Source of the DNA: an uncultured delta proteobacterium
GTDB taxonomy: Bacteria; Desulfobacterota; RBG-13-43-22
Reading direction: 5' to 3'
NCBI GenBank assembly: GCA_963802945.1
Contig: CAWDKY010000014.1
Span: forward strand, 1-64,000
Length of the DNA: 64,000 bases
A program made the translations under genes and the position numbers. Below the pieces are notes generated by a model that saw only the letters and a list, made by a program, of their open reading frames with translations, had not been told where the DNA came from and searched no databases. Positions 22,831 through 32,589 of this stretch are shown one piece after another; within the stretch, counting starts at the first letter, position 1; each line of letters begins with the position of its first letter.

Positions 22831-23754
22831 AAACAGAAAGCCAGCTTAAAAAAGTATTAACCGCTGGAGAGTTTGCGGTAACGGCCGAGTGTGGCCCTCC
22901 CAAAGGGGCCGATCCGGAGGTCATAGTTAAAAAAGGCCGCATCCTTAAAGGTTTTGTGGATAGTGTCAATGTCACCGACAATCAGACCGGCGTAGTCCGT
23001 CTTATCCAGCCTGGCGGCTTGTGCCCTGCTCCGTCAGGAAGGGCTCGATCCTGTGTTCCAAATGGTGGTCCGGGATCGAAACCGGATTGCCCTCCAATCC
23101 GACATCCTGGGGGCCTCGGCCCTGGGGATCCGGAATATCCTCTGTTTGAGCGGCGACCATCAATCCTTCGGCAATCAAACTCAGGCCCTGGGGGTCTTTG
23201 ATCTGGATTCGATCCAATTGATCCAAACAGTCCGACGGATGCGTGACCAGGCCCAAATCATCGGCGGCGAGGCCATCACCCGACCACCGGAACTTTTTAT
23301 TGGTGCGGCCGCCAATCCCTTTGCCGATCCATTTTTTTACCGGGTTATCCGGCTGGCCAAGAAGGTCAAAGCCGGTGTCGAATTTATCCAAACCCAGTGT
23401 ATTTACAATCTGGACCGGTTTAAAGACTGGATGACCCAGGTACAGGATCGGGGTCTCCATGAAAAGGTTTATATCCTGGGCGGGATTACGCCCTTGAAAT
23501 CAGCCAGGATGGCCGAGTACATGAAAAATAAGGTGGCCGGAATGGATATTCCCGAAGCCTTGATCCGGCGAATGAAAGCAGTCCCGGCCAAGGAACAAAG
23601 GCAGGAAGGGCTGAAAATCAGCCTGGAGACCATCCAGGCCCTTAAAGAAATGGAAGGGATCCACGGGATCCATATCATGTCCATTGAATGGGAAGAGGCG
23701 GTCCCCCAAATTGTGGAACAAGCCGGGCTGATGCCCAGACCAAGGGTTAGTTAG
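22827..23754 (+). CDS. metF: 5,10-methylene-THF reductase, frameshift near 23003
   Basis: TTG start overlapping the metV stop; VTAECGPPKG, VNVTDNQ, then RDRNRIALQSDILGA, LSGDH, VFDLDS, FIQTQ, GIHIM. Confidence 0.9.
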
Positions 23755-23828
23755 GAGTAATGAGTTCGGAGTTCAGAGGTTTAGGTTGTGACAAAATTTT
23801 ACTCCGAACACCTGAACTTCGAACCTTC
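23753..23828. repeat. Inverted heptamer-repeat element
   Basis: GAGTAATGAGTTCGGAGTTCAGAG ... ACTCCGAACACCTGAACTTCGAAC. Confidence 0.65.
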
Positions 23829-23859
23829 GATTTTGCATATTCTATTAAAGAGGTAAAGA

Positions 23860-25246
23860 ATGCCACCCAAATATCATATTCAAACCTCCACGGTGCCCAA
23901 TCGTTTTCCCACGGTTATCCGTTCCGGGGTCATTGCCTGGGAAGAGGGATGCCTTAAATGCCCCAAGTGCGTCAAGCGGGAATGTGTTTATGGGGTTTAT
24001 GACAAACGGAATCTCGATTCTCGTTTGATGTCCGATTCGCTGGACAGTTTATGCAAGGATTGTTTCCGCTGCGTACAGAATTGCCCGAACCGTCTGATCC
24101 ATAAGGCCTTGAATCCCGCTTATAAGAATCTGGGAGACAGTTACTGGACCCCGGAGATCATCTCCAAGCTCTGGTATCAGGCCGAAACCGGGCGTATCCC
24201 GGTTTCCGGTGCCGGATACGGAGGCCCTTTTTCCGGATCGGGGTTTGACGCCATGTGGACGGACATGTCCGAGATCGTTCGACCCACCCGGGATGGGATT
24301 CATGGCCGGGAGTATATCAGCACCCAGGTAGATCTGGGACGGAAACATCAGGCCCTGGAGTTTGATGCGCAGGGGAATCTTTTGTCTCCTGTTTTTCCTT
24401 CAGTGGAGATCCCTTTGCCGATCATCTTCGATATATTGCCCTGGTCTCCCCCTCGGGATCGCATCAATCACACCCTGCTTCGGGCAGCAAAAGAAATGGG
24501 GACCTTTACCATTATTGCCCAGGAAGATTGGCATCCGAGCCTGAACCGTTATTTAAATCATATCATGCTCTATCTGACCGGGGATCCTGAGCAGTTTGAA
24601 AAAGACATCCTCAAAAGACTCCGTTTGATCGAGATCCCTGACGGACCTGATGTACTGTAACAGGCAGCGATGGCTTAAAGAAATAAATCCTGAAGCCGTT
24701 ATTGCTGTTCGAATCCCCTTGAGCCCCCAGGCAGCGGAGCGGTCCATGGAACTCACCCGATCAGGCGTGGAAATCCTCCATTTTATGGCCGATGAATTCG
24801 GCCGGGAACAGGGGGAGGCTCCCATCTTTATTAAAGACCGGATCAAAGAGGTCCACTTGCATTTGGTTAAAAACGGCTTCCGGGATCAGGTTACCATCTT
24901 AGCCGGCGGCGGTGTGACCATGGCTGAAGACCTGGCCAAGCTGATCATTTGCGGGGCCGATGCCGTTACCGTGGATATCCCTCTTCTGGTGGCTTTGGAA
25001 TGTCGTGTTTGCCGACGTTGTGCTGAAGGCATTCCCTGTCCGGTGAATATTGCCCAGATCTATCCTCCCCGGGGAGAGGCCCGTATCAGGAATCTGATAG
25101 CCGGTTGGTACAACCAGCTTTTGGAAGTCATGGGGGCCATGGGCATGCGGGAGGCCCGGCGCCTGCGGGGTGAAATGGGCAGGGCCATGTTTTTTGAAGA
25201 TCTGGAAAGGGAGATTTTTCTCCCTTTGAGTAATAAAAGGAATTGA
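23860..25246 (+). CDS. Glutamate-synthase-related FMN-domain protein with N-terminal ferredoxin domain (degenerate active site); frameshift near 24658
   Basis: CLKCPKC and CKDCFRCVQNCP; FDAMWTDMSEIVRPTRDG; ILAGGG, GADAV, ALECRVCRRC..CP, EVMGAMG..RRLRGE. Removing one T at ~24658 fuses the two ORFs. Confidence 0.82.
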
Positions 25247-25249
25247 TCA

Positions 25250-26764
25250 ATGTCTGATGTTTCACAATTTATTCCCCCAGAGGTGAAGGCAGCGCCGACC
25301 CGCTTTCGCCACGCCTTGAGCAAGTTCCGTATTGTTATCGGAAAGGATTGTGACAATTGCGGCCTTTGTCTCAAGCTTTGCCCCTATGGGGTCTATCAAT
25401 CGGGGGCCAAACGTCCCAAAGTGGACAAGGATTATCTGTGCCGTGGTCCGGCCTGCCAAAAGAATGAATTTTTTTGTGTTTCCCGCTGTCCAAAGGAAGC
25501 CATCACCATGAATCCCAATCCCTCCTTTGAGGTGTTGGGGGATAAAAGGTGGACGGCCGATCTGCTGGCCGGCACCTGGTATATGGCCGAGACCGGCGAG
25601 ATCCCTCATGAAGGGCTTAATTATAAAACCGGTGATTCGAGAGGGGGTTTTGATAAACTCCGACTGGTCTTCCCTTTGAACAAAACCCTGGACTGCCCGG
25701 ATGAGGCAATTTCCCTGGCCTTGGCGCTTAACCGCACCGGGGACGGGCGTCCCGAGATAACCCTGCCGGTTCCATTTTATTTAGGGGGTATGTCTTTCGG
25801 GTCGGTGAGTATAGTCACCATGCTCTCCAGGGTGCAGGCTGCCAAGGCTTGGGGAACTTTCTGTTGCACCGGTGAGGGAGGATATCCGGATGACCTGATC
25901 CCTTATGATGATTATGTGATTACCCAGGTGGCCACCGGGTTGTTTGGAGTTCGTGAAGAGACCATCCAGCGGGTTCGGATCGTGGAGTTTAAATACGCCC
26001 AGGGGGCCAAACCAGGTTTGGGCGGCCATCTTCTGGGAGACAAGGTAACCCCTGAGGTGGCTCGTATGCGTGAGGCCGTAGTCGGGAGCTCCTTGTTTTC
26101 TCCCTTCCCCTTTCACAGTGTTTATTCAGTGGAGGATCATAAGAAGCATATCGACTGGATCAAAGAGATTAATCCCCGGGCTTTAGTTTCGGTAAAGGTT
26201 TCCACCCCGACTGATGTGGACATGGTAGCCGTGGGCAGCTATTTTGCCGGGGCCCATATCCTTCAACTGGATGGCAGTTACGGGGGGACCGGGGCTGCTC
26301 CCGATATCGCCAAAAAAAACATTGCCATGCCTATTGAGTATGCCATTCCGAAGGTTCATAAGTTTCTTAAAGATGAAGGGATCCGAGACCGGCTGACCTT
26401 GATTGCCAGCGGCGGGATCAGGACCGCTTATGACGCAGCCAAGATTATTGCTTTGGGTGCCGATGGCGTTTGTCTGGGCACAGCCGATTTAGTGGCCTTA
26501 GAGTGTCTTCGCTGCCATAACTGTGAATCGGGCCGAGGCTGTGCCCGGGGTATTGCCACAACTGATCCTGAATTAACCGAGCTTATCTCTCTGGATTGGG
26601 GAACCCAACGGATCATCAATCTCTACGGGGCCTGGATGAAACAACTGACTTCAATCTTAAAACGTCTGGGGCTGACAAAAGTCAGCGACCTGATGGGACG
26701 CTGGGATTGCCTGGCCCATTTGGATTATATGAAGGCTGAAGAGATAGAAGGAGAGTTGGAATAA
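25250..26764 (+). CDS. gltB: Glutamate synthase FMN-binding subunit with ferredoxin domain (archaeal-type split GOGAT)
   Basis: CDNCGLCLKLCP, GGMSFGS, CTGEGG, QVATGLFG, KYAQGAKPGLGGHL, DGSYGGTGAA, ASGGIR, CLRCHNC. Confidence 0.92.
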   Translation: MSDVSQFIPPEVKAAPTRFRHALSKFRIVIGKDCDNCGLCLKLCPYGVYQSGAKRPKVDKDYLCRGPACQKNEFFCVSRCPKEAITMNPNPSFEVLGDKRWTADLLAGTWYMAETGEIPHEGLNYKTGDSRGGFDKLRLVFPLNKTLDCPDEAISLALALNRTGDGRPEITLPVPFYLGGMSFGSVSIVTMLSRVQAAKAWGTFCCTGEGGYPDDLIPYDDYVITQVATGLFGVREETIQRVRIVEFKYAQGAKPGLGGHLLGDKVTPEVARMREAVVGSSLFSPFPFHSVYSVEDHKKHIDWIKEINPRALVSVKVSTPTDVDMVAVGSYFAGAHILQLDGSYGGTGAAPDIAKKNIAMPIEYAIPKVHKFLKDEGIRDRLTLIASGGIRTAYDAAKIIALGADGVCLGTADLVALECLRCHNCESGRGCARGIATTDPELTELISLDWGTQRIINLYGAWMKQLTSILKRLGLTKVSDLMGRWDCLAHLDYMKAEEIEGELE

Positions 26765-26772
26765 ATAAGAAA

Positions 26773-27077
26773 ACAGAATCCAGAATTCATGAGTCAGGAG
26801 TCAGAATAAAAACGGAATAAACCAAGATTGATAAGCTTGTAAAAAGTAGTCAAACCACATTTCGGTCATTCCGGGCTTGAGTCGTTCGGCTTCGCCGAAC
26901 TTTAAGCAAAGACTCCCTTTGGGAGTCGGCCGGAATCCAGGAAATTCCACCCTTCTGGACTCCGGCGCCTGCCCCGGACCTGATCCGGGGTTCGCCGGGG
27001 TGATGACTTTTTACGAATCCAACAGTCATGGAATCTTAAACTTCTTCTGAATTCTGAATTCTGGCTCCTGAATTCTA
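26773..27077. repeat. Composite nested repeat: heptamer arms around a REP/MITE-like core
   Basis: CAGAATCCAGAATTCATGAGTCAGGAGTCAGAAT ... TTCTGAATTCTGAATTCTGGCTCCTGAATTCT enclosing TTGTAAAAAGT...ACTTTTTACGA, GTCATTCCGGG...CCGGAATCCA and several hairpins. Confidence 0.78.
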
Positions 27078-27097
27078 AATTAAAAAAGGTTTTACTT

Positions 27098-29728
27098 ATG
27101 CATCAACAATCTATTGCCCAAGCTATCATCAATTCCCGTGCCCGGTTATTGGAAAAGGTCCATCGTTCCCTTCTCCTTCCCCGGCAGCCTGAGGCTGAAG
27201 AAGGGGGCTGCGGGGTTACCGGATTTGCCTGCAATATTCCGCTCAGCGGCCGCCATATCTTTGAACCTTCCGTTCAGATGCACAACCGCGGAAACGGGAA
27301 AGGTGGCGGCATCGCCGCAGTGGGTTTGGAGGCTGCAAAACTGGGCGTGGATCAGGCCACCCTGGAAACGGATTTTCTATTACAGATCGCCCTGCTGGAT
27401 CCAGCGGTGCTTCCCGAATTGGAATCTCGCTACATCCGTCCCCATTTTCAAATAGACCATGAGACCTTTGTCCCTACCGTCGGTGACTTTCGGGATGTCC
27501 CAGGTTTGGAAATGGAACCGCCTCAGGTCAAACGGTATTTCGTTCAGGTTAAGCCCGACGTCCTGTCCGCTTTTCAGCGAGAAAGGCATTTGGAAAAATT
27601 GTCTCCGGGAAAAGCGGCCGAAGAATTCGTTTATCAAAACACCTTTCAAATAAACCAAAATTATTACAGTTCCCTGGGTGAAAAAAAGGCCTTTGTCCTC
27701 TCCCACGGCCGGAACATGATGATTTTAAAAATCGTCGGCTATGCCGAACAGGTGGCCCAGTATTATCGCCTGGAAGACTTTAAGGCCCATGTCTGGATGG
27801 CCCACCAGCGCTATCCCACGAAAGGCCGGGTTTGGCATCCCGGGGGAGCCCATCCATTCAGCGGTCTGGACGAGGCCCTGGTCCATAACGGGGATTTTGC
27901 CAATTATTATTCGGTCAGTGAATATCTCTATCAGCGAAACGTGATCCCTCTGTTTTTGACCGATACGGAAGTCTCGATCCAGGTCTTCGATTTGCTAAAT
28001 CGGGTTTATGGCTACCCCTTGGAATACATCATTGAATCCCTGGCCCCGACCACGGAAATGGATTTTGATCAGCTCCCTTTGGACAAACAAAAGATCTACC
28101 GCCAGATCCAGGCTACCCAGATTCACGGCTCGCCTGACGGGCCCTGGTTTTTCATCATCGCCCGCAATATTACCGGACAACGGACCTATCAATTGATCGG
28201 CATCACCGATACGGCCATGCTCAGACCCCAGGTCTTTGCCCTGCAAAAAGGAGAGGTGGAGATCGGTCTGATCTGCTCTGAAAAACAGGCCATTGATGCC
28301 ACTCTGCAGTCTCTGGCCAAGGAAGATCCCAGGTTCGGCACCACGGCCGACCGCTATTGGAATGCCCGGGGAGGCAGTTATACCGACGGTGGGGCCTTTA
28401 TTTTTACGGTTAAGGAAACGGCAACCGATCAATGGCACCTCACCTGCCAGGATAAATTCGGCCGGGCCATCGATATCCCTGCGGACCGAACCCCTTTTGA
28501 TTTTCGAGTTGAATTAAAACCTGTGCCTTTGAAAGCGGGGATGGCCAAAAAGGTAAAGCAGAAATTGGAAGCCGAGGATATCGTCTCCCTGTTTTCTTCT
28601 CTGAAGAGTTCCATTGAACAATGGGATTACGCTCAGTTCAACGATTTTTTAAGTCACCTGGCGGTTCTGGCCAAAGAGGAAAAATTAACCGAAGGGGTCA
28701 TCGAGTTATTTACCCTGCTGCTGGATCGAAGGTACCCTACGGGAACCAAACGACGCCGCTCCATTTTGCAGATGGTCACCCAGGCCCTTGAAAACCTATT
28801 TAAAGAAGTCCCTTTTTTGAACGAGGCTAAAGGGAGGTCATTTCTTAAGATCGATTATGCCCATCGCATTTCCATTCGAGCCCCTGAAGCCGGAGAAAAA
28901 TTTCTGGTCATCAATGCCGGGCAGTTTCCCCCGGAAGGGGAGGACTGTGATGCCCGCCTGGTGGTCGAGGCTTACGAGCTGGGTTGGAAACGGTTTGTCG
29001 GCTATGGCTACCGGGGTCAACGATTTCTGGGTAATGGTCTTGGGCCGGAAACTAAAGGGGTTCGTATTGATGCTTACGGGAGCACCGGTGACTATTTGGC
29101 CTCGGGCATTGACGGCCTGGAGATTTTTGTGCATGGCAATGCCCAGGATCAACTGGGTCAGATCCTTAAAACCGGCAAGTTAGTGGTCCACGGCGATGTG
29201 GGTCAGACTTTCTTATATGGGGCCAAAGGCGGGGAGGTTTATGTCCTGGGCAATGCCGCCGGACGGCCTTTGATTAATGCCGTGGGCCGGCCCAAGGTGG
29301 TCATCAACGGCACGGCCCTGGATTTTCTGGCTGAATCCTTTATGGCCGGGGATCCCCATAACGGGGGAGGATTTGTCGTTGTCAACGGCCTGAACATTGA
29401 CTCGCAAGGGAACATTGTCCCCCAGGAAACACCGTATCCCGGCGCGAACCTCTTTTCCCTGGCCTCGGGCGGGGCCATTTATATCCGGGATCCCTATCAA
29501 AAGATCGTTCCCGAACAACTTAACGGTGGGGAGCTGGTTCCCTTCTCAGAGCAGGACTGGCAACTCATCCTGCCTTTCCTTCAAGAGAACGAACGCCTCT
29601 TCGGCATTTCCATTGAGGATCACCTTTTGACCGTCGACGGTCAAAGGCACACACCATCTGAGGTTTATCGCACCGTCCAGCCGGCCAAGCAGACGGTCCT
29701 GGCCGGCGGGCTGGATGAGTGGGAATAG
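27098..29728 (+). CDS. gltB: Glutamate synthase class II amidotransferase domain fused to C-terminal GXGXG beta-helix domain
   Basis: EEGGCGV, MHNRGNGKGGG, AHQRYPT, GAHPF, VHNGD, TDTE, DGPWF, LRP; C-terminal GDYLASG, VHGNAQD, GDVGQTFLYGAKGG, GNAAGR, FLAES, ASGGAIYIR. Confidence 0.92.
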   Translation: MHQQSIAQAIINSRARLLEKVHRSLLLPRQPEAEEGGCGVTGFACNIPLSGRHIFEPSVQMHNRGNGKGGGIAAVGLEAAKLGVDQATLETDFLLQIALLDPAVLPELESRYIRPHFQIDHETFVPTVGDFRDVPGLEMEPPQVKRYFVQVKPDVLSAFQRERHLEKLSPGKAAEEFVYQNTFQINQNYYSSLGEKKAFVLSHGRNMMILKIVGYAEQVAQYYRLEDFKAHVWMAHQRYPTKGRVWHPGGAHPFSGLDEALVHNGDFANYYSVSEYLYQRNVIPLFLTDTEVSIQVFDLLNRVYGYPLEYIIESLAPTTEMDFDQLPLDKQKIYRQIQATQIHGSPDGPWFFIIARNITGQRTYQLIGITDTAMLRPQVFALQKGEVEIGLICSEKQAIDATLQSLAKEDPRFGTTADRYWNARGGSYTDGGAFIFTVKETATDQWHLTCQDKFGRAIDIPADRTPFDFRVELKPVPLKAGMAKKVKQKLEAEDIVSLFSSLKSSIEQWDYAQFNDFLSHLAVLAKEEKLTEGVIELFTLLLDRRYPTGTKRRRSILQMVTQALENLFKEVPFLNEAKGRSFLKIDYAHRISIRAPEAGEKFLVINAGQFPPEGEDCDARLVVEAYELGWKRFVGYGYRGQRFLGNGLGPETKGVRIDAYGSTGDYLASGIDGLEIFVHGNAQDQLGQILKTGKLVVHGDVGQTFLYGAKGGEVYVLGNAAGRPLINAVGRPKVVINGTALDFLAESFMAGDPHNGGGFVVVNGLNIDSQGNIVPQETPYPGANLFSLASGGAIYIRDPYQKIVPEQLNGGELVPFSEQDWQLILPFLQENERLFGISIEDHLLTVDGQRHTPSEVYRTVQPAKQTVLAGGLDEWE

Positions 29729-29813
29729 AAAGCATACTTTTTTTATCCTTCCTCGTTGTTCCTCGTGCCTCTTCCCTCACCCCTCCCGCCTCGTGCCTTG
29801 TGCTTTTTTTCCC

Positions 29814-29850
29814 TTGACTTCCCCCCTTTTTCCACGTTTATCTTTAGCCG
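29814..29850 (+). repeat. Short copy of repeated promoter-like element
   Basis: CCCTTGACTTCCCCCCTTTTTCC...TTATCTTTAGC matches the copies at 31112, 42250 and 43578. Confidence 0.55.
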
Positions 29851-29954
29851 CTTCCAATTTTTCAATCAGTATGTTAAAATATCAAAAATATTTACCTTAA
29901 TAACTTGTTGAATATGAATTTCATAAAATTCTGGAAATCTGTGGGAGGTTTCAG

Positions 29955-30167
29955 ATGAAAAATAAAACTTTCACTGCTGTGCTCCATAAAGAAGATGAGT
30001 TGTAGGTTGCTGAATGCCCTGAAGTGGGCACGGTGAGTCAGGGGTATACGATTGAAGAAGCCATAGCCAATCTGAAGGGAGCAACTGAATTATATTTAGA
30101 AGAACTTCCTATTAAGGAATTCTCAAAGTCGCTTATGACCACTTTCGAGGTAGCAGTCAATGCCTAA
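29955..30167 (+). pseudogene. hicB: HicB-family antitoxin with internal amber stop (30003-05), followed by ~10-codon hicA remnant (MPKLTRLSG, from 30160)
   Basis: MKNKTFTAVLHKEDEL*VAECPEVGTVSQGYTIEEAIANLKGATELYLEE; RBS GGAGG. Not in the ORF track. Confidence 0.8.
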
Positions 30168-30283
30168 ACTCACCAGGCTTTCCGGTGTGGTTAATTTATA
30201 ATATTAATAAGTTAGAGAATTGGTCGTCAAATACAATCAGTAAAAGCCAATCTGGGGTGTAAAAAGATCAAAGAGGCAAAAAA

Positions 30284-30589
30284 ATGATTAAGAAAAACCG
30301 CATCGAACTTCCGAAAAAACGCTTAGAAAAATTTTGCAGGAATTATCATATCAGTAAACTCTCCCTCTTTGGTTCGGTCCTCCGAGATGATTTTAAGGCC
30401 TCGAGTGATATTGACCTTTTGGTGGAATTTGAAACAGGATTCAAAGTGGGTCTTCTTAAGATGGCCCGAATAGAAAATGAATTATCAGAGATCTTAGGCC
30501 GAAAAGTTGATTTGCGTACTCCTGGGGACCTGAGTCGATATTTCAGGGGGGAAGTGCTGGAAAGCGCAGAGGTAGCCTATGCGCAATGA
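30284..30589 (+). CDS. mntA: Minimal nucleotidyltransferase (MNT) antitoxin
   Basis: LFGSVLRDDF..SDIDLLVEF, LGRKVDL. Confidence 0.9.
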   Translation: MIKKNRIELPKKRLEKFCRNYHISKLSLFGSVLRDDFKASSDIDLLVEFETGFKVGLLKMARIENELSEILGRKVDLRTPGDLSRYFRGEVLESAEVAYAQ

Positions 30590-30920
30590 TGATTTGATCC
30601 GTCTGAGGCATATGTTGGATGCAGCCAGAGAGGCGGTGGACTTTGCCCGTAATAAAACAAAAGAAGATTTTGATAATGATCGAATGCCAATTCTTTCTAT
30701 CGTTAAATCCATTGAGATTATAGGTGAGGCGGCGTCAAGGGTCACGAAAGAAGGTCGCGACACGCAACCAGAAATACCATGGATGGATATCGTGGCCATG
30801 AGAAATAGATTAATACATGTTTATTTCGATATTGACGTTAATCGGGTCTGGGACACCATCACTGATGACCTCCCTCCCCTGATAACAGTTCTTGAAAAGA
30901 TCCTTAATTCTAAAACGTAA
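30579..30920 (+). CDS. hepT: HEPN (DUF86) RNase toxin
   Basis: EIIGEAA, IPW, MRNRLIHVY (RX4HXY); overlaps the MNT stop. Confidence 0.9.
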   Translation: MRNDDLIRLRHMLDAAREAVDFARNKTKEDFDNDRMPILSIVKSIEIIGEAASRVTKEGRDTQPEIPWMDIVAMRNRLIHVYFDIDVNRVWDTITDDLPPLITVLEKILNSKT

Positions 30921-31111
30921 TTTTGCGGGAGGACGTAAGAGGCAACATTGTTCATGTTTTTTCTCTAAGTTCCATTGATCTCTCTGTTTTGAGCCTTAAG
31001 TTTCTTTATTTTCGCCGAACTCCCCACCACGAATTATATTTTCTTAATTTTCCCTATAATCTATTGGCTATCATCTATGAACTGGTTTTTTTTGCCTCCG
31101 TCAAAAAACCC

Positions 31112-31302
31112 TTGACTTTCCCCCTTTTTCCCTTTATTTTCCTGGTATTATCTTTGGGCTTTTTTTAAAGTTTAAGTTTCTTTTTTTCGACGAACGACGA
31201 ACGTCTTTTCAAAAAAGTTTTTCTTTTTCTGGAGTTAACATTTCCTTGCTTTTGAAGTAAGTTATCCGGCCAAAAGACCGGTCGAAGTGATAGCTGAACA
31301 GA
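31112..31302 (+). repeat. ~200-nt repeated intergenic element with sigma70-like promoter (TTGACT-17-TATTTT)
   Basis: Colinear with 42250-42468 through TATTATCTTTGGGCTTT, CGAACGAC, CGGCCAA..CCGGT.GAA, GATAGCTGAACAGA. Confidence 0.8.
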
Positions 31303-31566
31303 CATTTCTTTTTTCGAACGTTTAAGAAATTATTTATTTGAGAAGTTTAGAAACTTGAGGTCGCAATTTGTGACCTCAAGTCCATCCAATTGGGACGGAA
31401 TCCGCTTTGACGGGACTGACATTTTAGCTGAGGGACGGGATACAGAAAGCAGAATGCAAAGAAAAAAGACCTGATAAACATATAAAAGGCACCTCGCGCA
31501 TACCAAGGAAAGAGGTTTCCTGGTATGTAAGGGAGAGAGAATCAATCAAACCCTAGGAGGTGCCTT

Positions 31567-32589
31567 ATGAATAGATTATACGCAGGAACGGATCTTCACA
31601 GCAACAACAATTTTCTTGGGATTATGGATGAGAAAGGGAAAAGGATTTTCAAGAAGCGACTTTCTAATGATCCTCGAGAGGTCTTGGATAGTCTTGAATC
31701 GTTTCAAGAAGAGATGATTGGGATTGTGGTGGAATCGACCTATAACTGGTACTGGCTGGTGGATGCCTTGATGGATGAGGGGTACGAGGTCCATTTGGCC
31801 AATCCCGCAGCCATTGAACAATATTCGGGATTAAAACATGCCGATGATAAGCACGATGCCTTTTGGTTGGCCGATATGTTGCGGTTGGGGATTTTACCGG
31901 AAGGATATATCTATCCCAAGGAGGATCGGCCTATCCGAGACCTGTTGAGAAAGAGGGGACATTTGGTCAGGCTCAGGACTTCGCTTATACTCAGCCTGCA
32001 GAACATAATCACCAGGAATTGCGGATTCAAGTTAGGAGGGAATCAGATCAAGAGACTCAAAGAAAATAAGGTTTCTCCCATCTTGGCCGGGCAGGAAGAC
32101 CTGGCGCTGAGTGGGAAGGTTAGCAAGGAGACGATTGACTTCCTGACTTATCAAATTAAACAAGTAGAGAACGTGGTCCAAAACAAGGTCGAATTGAAAG
32201 ATCAATACCAATACCTTCAGACCATTTGCGGCGTTGGTAAAATATTATCTTTAACGATCATGCTGGAAACCGGGCCTATCGAGCGGTTCAGCAAAGTCGG
32301 CCATTATACTTCCTACTGTCGTAAGGTGCCGAGTAAGTGGACCAGTAACCACAAAACCAAAGGGAAAGGTAATAAGAAAAACGGCAATAAATACCTGGCC
32401 TGGGCCTTCTCAGAAGCGGCTGAGCTGGCTCGCCGCTACGATAAACCGGCTAGGGCTTACTACAACAAGAAATCGGCCAAGACCAACTTCATGGTGGCCC
32501 ACACGGCCCTGGCTCATAAACTGGCCCGGGCGGCCTATTTCGTAATGAGGGATCAGGTGCCCTTTGATCCCGCAAAGGTCTTTGCCTAA
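31567..32589 (+). CDS. IS110-family transposase (DEDD RuvC-like)
   Basis: GTDLHS, VVES, KHADDKHDA, TICGVGKI, SKWTSN, GNKYLAWAFSEAA, ALAHKLAR. Confidence 0.95.
   Translation: MNRLYAGTDLHSNNNFLGIMDEKGKRIFKKRLSNDPREVLDSLESFQEEMIGIVVESTYNWYWLVDALMDEGYEVHLANPAAIEQYSGLKHADDKHDAFWLADMLRLGILPEGYIYPKEDRPIRDLLRKRGHLVRLRTSLILSLQNIITRNCGFKLGGNQIKRLKENKVSPILAGQEDLALSGKVSKETIDFLTYQIKQVENVVQNKVELKDQYQYLQTICGVGKILSLTIMLETGPIERFSKVGHYTSYCRKVPSKWTSNHKTKGKGNKKNGNKYLAWAFSEAAELARRYDKPARAYYNKKSAKTNFMVAHTALAHKLARAAYFVMRDQVPFDPAKVFA

Noticed and set aside
22990-24670. Programmed frameshifting in metF or the first glt gene
   Set aside because: No slippery heptamer or stimulator at either site; similar indels are scattered across the window.
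30003-30005. Pyrrolysine read-through of the in-frame TAG in hicB
   Set aside because: The position is normally Tyr (one base away), the partner toxin is deleted, and no pyl genes are in view; a nonsense mutation is simpler.
31340-31381. ORF6N-like coding fragment (KFRNLRSQFVTSS)
   Set aside because: Only ~14 codons with no start or continuation; treated as a palindromic sequence at the IS110 left flank.
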